64,000 bases of DNA from Squalus acanthias (Eukaryota), in contig CM059433.1 in the NCBI GenBank assembly GCA_030390025.1, positions 13,394,001-13,458,000 on the forward strand, given 5' to 3'. The translations under genes were made by a program, and so were the position numbers. Every line of letters begins with the position of its first letter. The first letter of the stretch is position 1. Shown here piece after piece: positions 23,501 to 34,229 of this stretch. The notes beneath the pieces were generated by a model, which saw only the letters and a list, made by a program, of their open reading frames with translations, did no database searches and was not told the origin of the DNA.

Positions 23501-24494
23501 GTATTCACGCTTTCCCTTCGCCTTCCCCTGCCCTAATATGCTTACCTCTACGGTAATTAAATGCCTCGATCAGGTCTTTTCCCTTTGCGGGACGGCCAAT
23601 TTTATCCACACTGATCGGGATCCCTCCTTCATGTCGAGTGAACTTAAAAGTTATCTCTCCCAACGGGGAATCGCCTCAAGTAGGACGACACCATATCACC
23701 CAATCGGTAACGGACAGGTTGAGCGATACAATGCCATCATCTGGAACGCTGTCCGTCTGGCACTAAGGTCACGCAACCTGCCGGACCAGCAGTGGGAAAC
23801 GGTGCTCCCCGACGCGTTACACTCTATCAGGTCTCTTCTCTCCACATCTACTAATGTCACGCCTCATGAGCGATTCTTCAAATTCCGGCGTCGCTCTACA
23901 CATGGGACGTCTCTACCGTCATGGTTGGTGGCTCCAGGCCCGGTGCTACTCCGGAGGTTCATCCGGTCTGCCAAAAACGACCCTCTCGTTGACGAGGTGG
24001 AGTTAACGGAGGTAAACCCCACGTATGCGCACGTACGGTACCCTGATGGCCGGGAGACCACCGTCTCGCTCCGAGATCTGGCTCCCTGCCCAACCGGTCA
24101 CACGGGCCCGAATGATGAAGGATCCCCGACAATGATATCAACACTCCGCACCCCTATGAAAATGACGCCCCGCCTGGGACATCGGGGGATCTGCCGGCAA
24201 CGCTACCAGATCAACTCAGGGAGCTGGACGCTCCCCGTAGGATGGCCACCCGAAACCAGGACGCCGGACAATCTCCAGCCACGACCCGGGATGAGGCCAG
24301 CTCAGCACCTGTGGGGACCCGCACCCGGAGTCATGATATTCCCAGTCCTCCACAGGATGATCCAGATGACGCGAACTCTACTGACTTACCGGTACGGGCC
24401 AAGCGACCCAGGGACCAGGACACGGTCCGGGGAGACGTGCCTTCCAGTCACAAGCAGAGAGCTAAACGTCTACGGCTATTTCTGGTCCGCCTAG
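20562..24494 (+). CDS. Gag-Pol polyprotein (Gag with two CCHC knuckles, protease, RT, RNase H, integrase)
   Basis: CFFCGGACHHRKFC and CNHCSKKGHFSKVC knuckles; LIDSCSS protease site; RLCIDY, FDLKSAYHQV, PFGVTNG and YLDN in RT; ECDAS/EKEA/TDQ RNase H; HMDLCH..CRIC and IDFKGP..HTDR..VERYN integrase. Confidence 0.96.
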   Translation: MEKLLRPARLDLDPNAPAAAKVWKHWFRTFSNFLEECGADVPNKLRMLINYVSPHVYDYIEDCIDYDTAIEILQQLYVKSPNEIFARHLLATTRQQPGESLDEFLQKLRRLSKDCNLKAVSAEQYQEELIRDSFINGIASPFIRQRLLENKTLNLRAAYDQACSLDLAKKNADTYLPPRARAAAISFNESFGRSRADAPTDVDSTLTDDEPTLEAFADDDPALAASWQSGRKCFFCGGACHHRKFCPARNVTCNHCSKKGHFSKVCQSRAFANKKGRSSKVYRSRAPVRFTAAIYGAAPPPRTTVKATVAEGKIAPPPITAVFPQSLSHAATKVSVNGHTLSALIDSCSSDSFISKRAVNRLKLHIYPSDREIAMALTTLTTNSSGFCLVNLILNGRTYLSTRLGVLANLCSDVLLGQDFQKQHKKITFEFGGSRPELTISKVPFCALSAALLGEPSLFANLPPRCKPIAIKSQRFSQDDRAFIEAEISRLLVDGIIEPCSSPWRAQVVIVRNPLKQHKKRLCIDYSQTINLYTDLDAYPLPRIDDMVNNLAKYKVFSTFDLKSAYHQVPLQDSDKKYTAFEANGRLFQFRRLPFGVTNGVAVFQRAMDGLVRQENLTDTFPYLDNITIAGHDQKEHDANLQRFFDVLRRRHLTLNESKSVKSVPSVNILGYWVGNGVIKPDPERLRPLQELPPPTNLGSLRRALGMFAYYAKWIPHFSDKIQPLLHAKSFPLEATAISAFNLLKRQLEKATLRSIDENLPFVVECDASEVAISATLNQGGRPVAFLSRTLQGSELHYPPVEKEATAIIEAVRQWGHFLARRHFTLITDQRSVAFMLDNRRRTKIKNNKIQLWRMELAAFGYTICYRPGKQNVAPDTFTRAFCSSMSTSTLADLHMDLCHPGVTRMLHFVRSKNLPFSTEDVKKTCSSCRICAELKPQFFRPSDGLLIHAMQPMQRLSIDFKGPLPSSTRNTYLLTMVDEYSRFPFAFPCPNMLTSTVIKCLDQVFSLCGTANFIHTDRDPSFMSSELKSYLSQRGIASSRTTPYHPIGNGQVERYNAIIWNAVRLALRSRNLPDQQWETVLPDALHSIRSLLSTSTNVTPHERFFKFRRRSTHGTSLPSWLVAPGPVLLRRFIRSAKNDPLVDEVELTEVNPTYAHVRYPDGRETTVSLRDLAPCPTGHTGPNDEGSPTMISTLRTPMKMTPRLGHRGICRQRYQINSGSWTLPVGWPPETRTPDNLQPRPGMRPAQHLWGPAPGVMIFPVLHRMIQMTRTLLTYRYGPSDPGTRTRSGETCLPVTSRELNVYGYFWSA

Positions 24495-24528
24495 TCCGTT
24501 AAAGGAAGACTGGACTTCCAAACCTTTT

Positions 24529-24540
24529 AGGGAGGAAGAA
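24529..24540 (+). promoter_or_regulatory. Polypurine tract (plus-strand primer)
   Basis: AGGGAGGAAGAA immediately 5' of the 3' LTR. Confidence 0.9.
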
Positions 24541-24755
24541 TGTCATAAATCGCAAGTAACAACCCAGGAAGTACTACTGGGCGGCCAGTGGGGGCGCCGT
24601 CCAGGGAGTATAAATACTCAGGCATGGGCCCACCTTGGGCAGAGACAATCTGGAAACAGGAAGCTAGTGACTGCTAACTAGACCTCCATGTTTTGTTACA
24701 AGTTGATTAAAGCCTTGCTTTATGTTCAAGTGCGTAGTGAGTCTTTATTACGTCA
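24541..24755 (+). repeat. 3' LTR
   Basis: Direct repeat of 20247-20461, followed by TSD CTGCT. Confidence 0.97.
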
Positions 24756-25074
24756 CTGCTCTCAATGGAGCAGTAAGGAGGCTGGGCTTTTCCTGGGAGG
24801 CTGCCACAGAGCTGTGATGCCTCCTACAGCCAGTCCTATAACCCCACTGCCACAGCTGGCACTGCGTTGCCTGATGCAGTCATTGTTACTACAGCCCTCA
24901 ACACTTTTGCCCCGGGCTCCTTTCAGGCTGCAACAAGGGAATATCAGCAACATTGGTCAGATCGGTTCAAGCTGGCATGAAGCACGTGTCTGGCGCCATG
25001 TTTGCTGAAGCTAATAAGTTCATTATTGTTTCCCATGGACAATTGGAAACAGCAGGAACAGGCTCTGGGGTCAC

Positions 25075-25248
25075 ACATAGCAGGTGGCAACAAGAGCAGG
25101 TCAGAGGCTGGGTATTCTGCGGCGAGTGTCTCACCTCCTGACTCCCCAAAGCCTTTCCACCATTTACAAGGCACAAGTAAGGAGTGTGATGGAATACTCT
25201 CCACTTGCTTGGATGAGTGCAGCTCCAACAACACTCAAGAAGCTCGAT
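25075..25248 (+). mobile_element. CR1/L2-group LINE ORF2 fragment
   Basis: RAGQRLGILRR...LSTIYKAQVRSVMEYSPLAW is a post-RT LINE motif. Confidence 0.7.
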
Positions 25249-25249
25249 G

Positions 25250-25785
25250 TCAAGTCACATTCTCGGATCTGCGGGTTAGCGTTCTCCAAGGCAGGCCTTC
25301 GAGACACACGACAACGCAAAATCATCGAGCAGAAACTGATAGCCAAGTTCCGCACCCATGAGGACGGCCTCAATAGGGATATCGGCTTCATGTCACGCTA
25401 CAGAATGTGACTTGACATCGTTGTCTGTCTTTCCAGTTTTTTAAAAAAAAAACACAAAAAAAACAAACACAAAAAAAACACATAAAAAAAACTGCAGACA
25501 GCAGGATTTGACACGTTGGACCCCCTGTGACACGTCTCATTGTCTTGGCTGTGCTCTTGCTGTGTCTTTTATGTAAGGACACCTTCCCTGAAAGATTGTA
25601 TCTCTGCAGTTTCTGTGTTTATATACTGTGAAATATTGTAGATTCACTCATTGTAACTTTACCTGAGGAAGGGGCGACAGCTCCGAAAGCTTGTAATTTT
25701 AAATAAATCTGTTGGACTATAACCTGGTGTTGTGCGACTTCTCATTTTTGTCCACCCCAGTCCAACGCCGGCATCTCCGCATCAT
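25250..25785 (+). mobile_element. Penelope-like element 3' fragment (second subfamily)
   Basis: DLRVSVLQG.LRDTRQRKIIEQKLIAKFRTHEDGLNRD is a GIY-YIG C-terminus; 3' end homologous to 30414-30539. Confidence 0.85.
25659..25696 (+). ncRNA. Minimal type I hammerhead ribozyme motif
   Basis: TTAC-CTGAGGA-A-GGGGC-GACA-GCTCC-GAAAGCTT-GTAA; stem I TTAC/GTAA; palindromic AAGCTT stem III. Confidence 0.78.
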
Positions 25786-26467
25786 TTCTTCATTATAACA
25801 GCAGTTACAGCCTAATTATAATTGTTGCAAAGTTATTCTCTTCTCAACTTTGGCATGCGTGAAGTGATTAAATATTGTTATGACATTTGATAGTTCTCAC
25901 ACAACAGTAGTACAATGAAGCAATGTTTTATACCACACACGTGGTCTTTTCAGTATGGGTTTATAAGCAGTCTGATACAGGTCCAACTGGAACTGCTTTC
26001 ACTTGATTACACATTACCGGTGAAAACCATCAAGGCCTCAGGTGTCTCGGTAGTTGAGCAATGCCAGAGGAACTGAGGCATGTGATGGAAAGATCCCGTG
26101 CCTTTGTGATCTAGTGGGCAACGTAACCAAGCAGTGCATGAAAATCATCTGAACATTGCGTCCCCTCCAAAGACATTCCTAAGATAACTAACTTTAAATG
26201 AGTGCTTCACTTACCACTGCGCAAACCAAATAGCAAAAATAAAAAAAGATTGCAACAACAAGTTGGGCGTCATTTTAGATTAAAATTCAAACCACAGATA
26301 TGTCTGGGGTGTACAGGAGAAAATGGTATCAGAATGGAAGGGCCCCTGCCACAATACTAATCTAAGATTGTGCTTTGAAATTACACTGTGCAATGTATTA
26401 ATAACACACGCTAAGGTGTTTGTTAAAAAATATTCTTTTATTGCTATTTTGACAAAGGCGTTAAGAG

Positions 26468-26778
26468 AAAAGAAAGAAAGATTTGCATTTCTATAGCACC
26501 TATCACGACCTCAGGATGTCCCAAAGCGATTGTAGTAATTTTGAAGTGGAGTCACTGTTGTAATGTGGGAAACGCGGCAGACAATTTGTGCACAGCAAGA
26601 CTCCCACAAACAGCAATGTGATAATGACCAGATAATCTGCTTTAGTGATGTTGGGTGAGGGATAAATATTGGCCAGGAGAACTCCCCTGCTCTTCTTCGA
26701 AATAATGCCGTGGGATCTTTTATGTCCACCTGAGAGAGCAGACGGGCCCTCAGTTTAACATCTCATCTGAAAGACGTT
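26468..26778 (-). mobile_element. Deu-core SINE, 3' part
   Basis: Reverse complement of 11560-11858. Confidence 0.85.
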
Positions 26779-28799
26779 AATCCATTTAACACCATAGTAA
26801 AAATAATGGACAAAGGAATTTCATACAAGCACGTTAACTCATGCGTTACTAATATTCTACAGTATGATTTTAAGTTAATGGTAGACGTAGTATAACCCTA
26901 GACCTATACAAATCACACTCGTACACATTTCCGTTACATGTTACATTGTTCATACTGCTGATCCTCCCTTTTATTTTTATGTTTCTGTTTATGTTTCCAT
27001 ATCTATATCCAGATGCTTCTTAGCAATGTTATCCTCATGCATTGCTAGCATTATCCAAAAATAAAACAAAGATTGCGTTTTTAAAACAAAATATAGATAT
27101 CTGTATGAATCATAGGGTTGCGTGTTTTCAGCTTTGACTAAGTTTTACCATTGAAACACTGGGAATTTGCTGCTCAGTTTTGCATTCTAAAACTGACTGA
27201 CTTTATGAATCCTTCTAAAATTTGTTTCCATCCACTTCTTCAATCTGCACATGGAGACAGCATCCGTTGTGGTCTATACTATTTACTGAAGTCTCCTTTC
27301 TGAACCGTATCAAAACTATAAAAATACAGTGTAGCCTAAACAAAGCTAGAATTCAAAAAACAAACGGTTTGACCACTTAAAGAGATGGAGGCCTTGAAAT
27401 TACAATGTGGGATGCGCATTAATTTTGAAATGTGATTTCTTTTGAATGGATTAAAGCCTTCACTAAAATAACAGTGAGAGGAATTTTTGATGAAAACATA
27501 AATATTCCGTGTGGTAATTTCAAGTACAAATGTTTTGCAGAGTTCTTTTAACGTTTAATTTTTCTTTCAATTTTCATCGGAAAATGCAGATTTAATTTTA
27601 TATGCCCAATTTTCATTGGCATTTAGAGTTTAAAATGAAAAAACTTAAATATTCTTTGAAAACCAAGTGGAAAGCAGCGATATAATACATGATATACATT
27701 CTTCAATTATCTCAGTAGTGCATCAATGTTAACGTTTATTGATTAATTCCCTGCTCTACTCTCAGCTACCATCATATTGAGGGCCTCTTAGTCACCATCA
27801 TACTTTGGGCCTGTTATGTGGTTACCAGGACTGCCATGATACTTGATATTAGTGATTTGCAGTTTAAAACAATGACACTATTTAAACATATGAACAAAGA
27901 AAGACTTTTGGGTCTATTGCTGCACTTCCTACAATAATGTACACTAATTCACATTGTTACTCGTCGATCTCTAGTGGTGTTTCACATGGGGAGGTTAAAG
28001 CAAGTGCAGTCATCAGGTCAAGGTTAGCGGGTGGGGTATGGTGGGGCGAGGTGGGGGGGGGGAATAATTGGACCAGGTATGTGGGAGGACTGCAATGATG
28101 GAGGCCAGTCAAGGTCAAAAGGGGAAGATGGAGCAGGGGGAGGGGGAGGTGTCATGTGGGTTAGGGTGGGAGAAAAGGTAAAGCATTTTGGAATTCTGGA
28201 AAGGTCCCAGCGGATTGGAAAACCGCAAATGTAACGCCCCTATTCAAGAAGGGAGGGAGACTATAGCAGGAAACCATAGGCCAGTTAGCCTAACAGCTGT
28301 CATTGGGAGAATGCTGGAATCCATTATTAAGGAAGTAGTAGCAGGACATTTAGAAAATCATAATACAATCAAGCAGAGTCAACATGGTTTTATGAAAGGG
28401 AAATCGTGTTTGACAAATTTATTAGAGTTCTTTGAGGATGTAACGAGCAGGGTGGATCAAGGGAAACCAGTAGATTTAGTGTATTTGGATTTCTAAAAGG
28501 CATTCGATAAGGTGCCACATAAAAGGTTAGTGCACAAGATAAGAGCTCACGGTGTTGGGGGTAATATATTAGCATGGATAGAGGATTGGCTAACTAACAG
28601 AAAACAGAGAGTCAGGATAAATGGGTCATTTTCAGATTGGCAAATTGTAACGAGTGGGGTGCCACCAGGGATCAGTGCTGGAGCCTCAACTACTTACAAT
28701 CTATATTAATGACTTGGATGAAGGGACCGAGCGTACTGTAGCCAAATTTGCTGACAATACAAAGATAGGTGGGAAAGCAAATTGTGAGGAGGACACAAC

Positions 28800-29620
28800 G
28801 GGCTGGATTTTACCAGCCCTGAGGAGGCAGGTTTGGAGGCGGGACTGCTGGGAAAATGGGAAAAATTGGGAACGGGTCCCAACCCCGCCTCTGAACCATC
28901 TTCCTGGGAGGCGGGTCCCCGACTCACGCAGGGACCCGTCTCCTCGAGGCGGGAAGGGGATTAGAGCCAATTAACTGCCTGTTAACAGATAGTTAACAGG
29001 CAGTTAAGAGGCTTTTCACCATTTTACGCCTGCTGATGCGGGCTTCCCGACATCAGGAAACCCCGCCAGGGTCAGCAAGATGAGCAGTGGGTCTGCGGGG
29101 GTCAGAGAGGTCGAAATGTCAGCTATAGAGGTGAGTGATGGGTGCAAGTGTGGACAGGTAAGTATGAGAGGTGAGTGTAAGGTGTTGGAAAAAGTTTCCT
29201 TACCTTTGCTTCTTTCTGCAGGCTTCAACCTTTGAGGATCCGGAGGTGCCTCATCTCAACGGCAGAGATGACAGAATGGCTGCTGCATTCTCAGATGCAG
29301 CAGCCATCTGCTTTCTGCTGAGGAGAGAGGTCTTGGTGAGCCTGTCTGCAAGGGCTCACCTTAGAACAGAGATTGTCAGTGTATGACAGCTTCTCAAAGC
29401 TGTCAAACGCCGGCAATTCACTGTCAAAAAATTTGACAGATGAAGCGTCATACGCTGACGTCATCTGTCACCGCTTTCCCTTAATTGGCCGGTAAGCCCG
29501 CAGAACAAGGCCAATCAAGGGAAAATAGCATGGGTTGGTCAGACATCGCTGGGAGTGGGATTGAAACCCGGAAACCAGAAGTCCCGTCTTCAGCACGTCG
29601 CCATTGAGAAAACCTAGCCC
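28800..29620. mobile_element. Non-autonomous Harbinger-type element inserted in the CR1 RT region
   Basis: TIR GGGCTGGATTTT / AAAACCTAGCCC; CR1 sequence GACACAA-AGAGTCTG is cleanly split, with a 3-bp duplication (AAC/AAA). Confidence 0.82.
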
Positions 29621-30325
29621 AAAGAGTCTGCAAAGGGATATAGATAGGTTAAGTGAGTGGGCAAAAATTTGGCAGATGGAGTATAATGTGGGAAAATAAA
29701 GAGGTTATCCACTTTGGTAGGAAGAATAGAAAAGCAAAATATTATTTAAATGGAGAGAGACTACAGAATGCTGCGGTACAGAAGGATCTGGGTGTCCTCG
29801 TACATGAAACACAAAAAGTTAGCATGCAGGTACAGCAAGTAATTAGGAAGGCAAATGGAATGTTGGCCTTTATTGGAGTATAAAAGTAAGGAAGTCTTGC
29901 TACAACTCTACAGGACATTGGTGAGGCCACACCTGGAGTACTGCATACAGTTTTGGTCTCCTTATTTAAGGAGGGATATACTTGCATTGGAGTCAGTTCA
30001 GAGAAGGTTCACTAGGTTGATTCCTGAGATGAAGGGGTTGTCTTACGAGGAAAGGTTGAGCAGATTGGGCCTATGCTCATTGGAGTTTAGGAGAATGAGA
30101 GGTGATCTTATTGAAACATATAAGATTCTGAGGGGGGCTTGACAGGGTAGATGCAGAGAGGATGTTTCCCCTCATCAGGGAATCTAGAACTAGGGGGCAT
30201 AGTTTCAGAATAAGGGTTCGCCCATTTAAGACGGAGATGAGGAGGAATTTCTTCTCTCAGAGGATCGTGAATCTTTGGAATTCTCTACCCCGGAGAGCTG
30301 TGGAGGCTGGGTCATTGAATATATT

Positions 30326-30539
30326 AAAATGTGAGAAGTCGCACAACACCAGGTTATAGTCCAACAGCTTTATTTGAAATCACAAGCTTTCGGAGCGCTG
30401 CTCCTTCGTCACTTCACCTGACGAAGGAGCAGCGCTCCGAAAGCTTGTGATTTCAAATAAAGCTGTTGGACTATAACCTGGTGTTGTGCGACTTCTCACA
30501 ATTTGTCCACCCCAGTCCAACACCGGCATCTCCACATCA
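30326..30539. mobile_element. Penelope-like pseudo-LTR insertion forming a perfect 82-bp inverted repeat
   Basis: Arms 30330-30411 and 30419-30500 with a 7-nt spacer CTTCACC; 10-bp TSD TGAATATATT at 30316-30325 and 30540-30549. Confidence 0.9.
30414..30450 (+). ncRNA. Minimal type I hammerhead ribozyme motif
   Basis: TCAC-CTGACGA-A-GGAGC-AGC-GCTCC-GAAAGCTT-GTGA with all core nucleotides intact. Confidence 0.82.
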
Positions 30540-31384
30540 TGAATATATTCAAGGCAGAGATAGACAGATATTTGAGCTACAAGGGAGTCAAGGGTTATGG
30601 GGAATAGGCAGGAAAGTGGAGTTGAGGCCAAGATCAGATCAGCCATGATCTTATTGAATGGCGGAGCAGGTTCGAGGGGCCAAATAGTCTACTCCTGCTC
30701 CTGTTTCTTATGTTCTTATGAATGGGAGCCTCGCTACTTAGTTAGATGAGCAAGTGAGTGGAAAAGCATAGTGAGTCTCAGCAGGAGGCTAGAAAGGGGA
30801 GCGATGCGGATTGCTCAGCGGTAGAAGAGGGATGTAAAAGGCAGAGGAAAGAAAAATATGCACAGTTAAAAGAGGGAAAACACTAACTTTAAAAGTAAAA
30901 AAAATCAACTTGTCTCACAAGAAAATATCAGTTCTACAAAAAATGTCACACTGATAATGTGCAAATTGTACTGATTCACAATTCATGGGGTATCTCTGCC
31001 TCGCTACAAGTTGCTGGCTGATTTACGCCAGTCCGCCATTAACTTCACGCCTTTAACATCCCCGTGATTTTCATGAAGTTGCTGCACTTGCTCATTAATT
31101 GCCCATTAAACTCGTCACGGAAAGTTAAGTCTAGCAATTAACAGCGCAAGTACCCTTTTAACGACATCATAATTGTTAATAACTGCCAATCAACCACTCT
31201 GGCCCAGAAAGTGAACAATTAAAAGTTTGGAGTCTCATTCCAACAGGTGGTGAATTGTTGTCGGGAGATTGTTAAAATGTCAAATTTTCAATTTGAGCTT
31301 TTTTTGTACTTTTTCTTTCTGCCTCTTTTTTTTCTCTTTCTCATAATCCAATCTTTCTTTCCCTCTCTTTCTGTACCTGATAGT

Positions 31385-32132
31385 GGCCCGAAAATTAGAC
31401 CTAATATGGGAGATTACGCACTGTGTACTCTCGCATATTAGGTCCCGAAGTGCCGGTTTCCTGCATGCACTGCGCATGCGCGGGAAACCGGCACTTCGGG
31501 TATGGCAAAGGGGGCGGTTCCTAAGTGAACCGCGTGCGTGCTACAGGTTGTGCGCACGCAGCACACTTAGTTTTTTTTTCAGGTTTGAACGCGCAGGTAA
31601 GTGTTGAAGATTTTACACATGAAGAAAGCAGGCGTAAGACCCCCTTTTAACAAGGTATGTAGTTAATTAAGTATTATTTAAAAAAAATTTTAACAGGTTT
31701 ATCTTTTTTAGAGACTTTAAAGAAAGGTAAGTTTATTTTTATAACTTTTTCAAAAATTTAAATTTTTGTTTAAAGTGGTTAATTTATTTAACTATAGTTA
31801 TTTTATTAATGTGATGGCTTTTTAAAAAAAAATTAATTGAGGTTTAGCTGTTCTTTTGGGGGCTTGTTGTATTCATAGTTTTGACAGCTCTTCCTGTCAA
31901 AACTATGAATGAAAGATGGTGTGCTGCCATTGGCTCTAACTGGCCCACGTGATCCCAGAGGTAGCATCGAACTAACTGCGCCTCTGGGACACGCACACAC
32001 TGCGTGCCGGCACCAGGGAGAGGCCCAGGAACTGAAGTTCGTGTGGGCCAAAACCATAAAGGTAGGCGCGGAGTGCGATATCGCGGGGGATCCTTACCCC
32101 CGCGGCAACCATCAAAGTCCAATTTCTGGGCC
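31385..32132 (+). mobile_element. Harbinger-type MITE with AT-rich core, nested in an older element (~30987-32390)
   Basis: TIR GGCCCGAAAATT / AATTTCTGGGCC; inverted homolog of 42588-43331. Confidence 0.8.
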
Positions 32133-33869
32133 ATAATATTGAATTCACCTACTCTAATTCGCCCTCCTTCTCAGTCCTTCCTTTGTTTAATTCTCAATCC
32201 TTAAATCTCATTGGTTGAGGAGATACACGGTCGGTCCCATTGTTCACCAAGGTCCCAGATGCCCTGTTGCCCTCGCCGCGCCGTCGCTTCCAGCAACTTT
32301 GTGGGCAAAACATTTTAAAAGCTAAATGTGCATGAACAAGTCTAACTAACTGGGCATGGCACGAGACGCCTCGCTCCAGCAGAATCTGGCACTGAACTTT
32401 GCGAAAGAAATTTCAAACCTTTGCTCTACATTGCCACCAGGTGGCCATAGCCCGTAAATGCTATCATATCAATGGGAAAATCCGATTAAAAAGGTGACTG
32501 AGCAGGCGTCACCAGATGTAAAATAGACATGGACGCGATGAGCTTCGAAATCGCCATAGAGAATGTTAACAGGTGACAGGACATATGGCGGCGGGGAAGT
32601 GGGGTTAATTTTCAATTTTGGTAGGGGCAGGGAACTGGTGGGAGTGGATCAGGTGCCTGTTATACAAGTCGCCCTATTCTCCTTCCAACTTGCAATGGAA
32701 AAGAAAATCAAGTGAGGTGTATAACAGGTGGCTGATCCACTCCTGCCTGTCTTCCACCCCTCCCCCCCCACCGCCACTGCCGCTCCGCTGATTTGAATAA
32801 TAAATTGATGCGGAGAAATTAAGGAATATTTATGGTGGTTTGAAAATCACAGCTTGTGACTTTTGCTTTCTAGCCATTCCACCTTCCCTGTTGTCTGGGG
32901 AAGGCCTGTCCAGGCAGGTGAGCGAGGAAACAGAGAGCTGACTTGTACAGGGCCGTCGTGACTGCCTAGCTCGGCTTACCTGCGGCCAGAAAAGATGGCT
33001 ACTCCTCCCTTCAGCATCACTGCTTCTGTGTGCTGTCATCGGGAGCTACTGCTTCCGAATGTGTTGGCAAACATTCACTCCTGGTGAGTCTCGACAGCTG
33101 TGCTGCCTTCGTTATTATATAGTGCTGCTGTGCTGAAGTTGGGGCTGCGGTCATGTTGCTAAACAATGGTGGCATTAGATGCCTCCTCATGGTGGAGGAA
33201 GGGTAGAATCCACATTATCTTACAGCCCAGTAATGAAAAGGTTATAATCTACATTTCCTGGGTGGCGGTCTGATTCCAGCAGTCCAGTTGCAAGTCATCT
33301 GATGATTTGAGAAGTGCTTTGTGCATGATATGGTATCCCTGGCAGTACAATGATGGCCTATCCCTTGCCTTCATCTTCAAACTTAATGAATACCTGAATT
33401 GTAGGCCGGTAAAAGCCAGAATAACTCCAAATGCTCATCTTTCCAGATCATATATAAAGGCGACAGATGTGTCAGCATAGATATTGTATTCTTGGAAGAC
33501 CCAAACAGACACTCCAGTGCCTTCATAACTCAAATCCTATTCTATTTTAGACCCGAGCTGTTGACAACATCCACCTTCTCACAAAGAGGAACATTCAAAA
33601 TGACTTAAAACAAAAATCAAAGTTAATCTTGATTTTGAAAATACATTTTGAAATAGATATTTTCAACCTTTACCAGTAAAGCATGCTCGAGATACCCTAA
33701 AGGCAGCATCAGTGCCATGAAAACCTTCTCCCTAATTCCGTAAGGTTTTCAAACTGCCCCCATGAAAAACTAAAACTTGGCAAGAACACACCGGTGCATC
33801 TGAGAAAATAGGGAACGAGAGGATGCCATTTTTTTCTCTCAGGCTCACTCCTTCCACAGATCATGTATA

Positions 33870-34065
33870 AGTTACGTTATCAGTGCGATTCTGCGTGGAG
33901 TCCACCAAGTTCCTCAAAGTCAGGAAGGCTTCATGAAATTTATCACGGTTTGCTAAAATGGGTGTAAAAATACCACAAAATGAATTGATAAATTTCACGG
34001 CCTTCTCCTGATTTCACAAACTCGGTATAACCTCACCGGTACTTGCACAGGTGATTGGTGATCAG
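33870..34065. repeat. Imperfect palindrome (MITE-like)
   Basis: TCAGGAAGGCTTCATGAAATTTATCA ... TGATAAATTTCACGGCCTTCTCCTGA. Confidence 0.5.
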
Positions 34066-34229
34066 AAGTTTTGTAGTTTACAGAATGGAAACTATACACT
34101 CATTGCACAGAATTTTTTATATTTACACAAAATATCACTTATATCATTTATCTAGGATATTAGATAAGTGAACATTTTCATAATCAATGTAATTTGTCCT
34201 GCTGTAATAGCAGCCCTTATAGAATTATA

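Larger units (their letters stand above)
20247..24755 (+). mobile_element. Full-length Ty3/Gypsy LTR retrotransposon (Mag/SURL-like), recently inserted
   Basis: Two 215-bp LTRs (TG...CA) differing at 3 positions; 5-bp TSD CTGCT at 20242-20246 and 24756-24760; polypurine tract; single gag-pol ORF. Confidence 0.97.
28185..30720 (+). mobile_element. CR1 LINE (RT to 3' tail), interrupted at 28800-29620 and 30326-30539
   Basis: RPVSLT, QHGFMKGKSCLTNLLEFFE, KFADNTK, LVRPHLEYCIQFWSP; TTCTTATG tail. Confidence 0.93.

Noticed and set aside
25084..25410. 108-aa ORF as a novel LINE/GIY-YIG fusion protein
   Set aside because: Chance junction of a LINE fragment and a Penelope 3' fragment, with a frameshift; neither domain is complete
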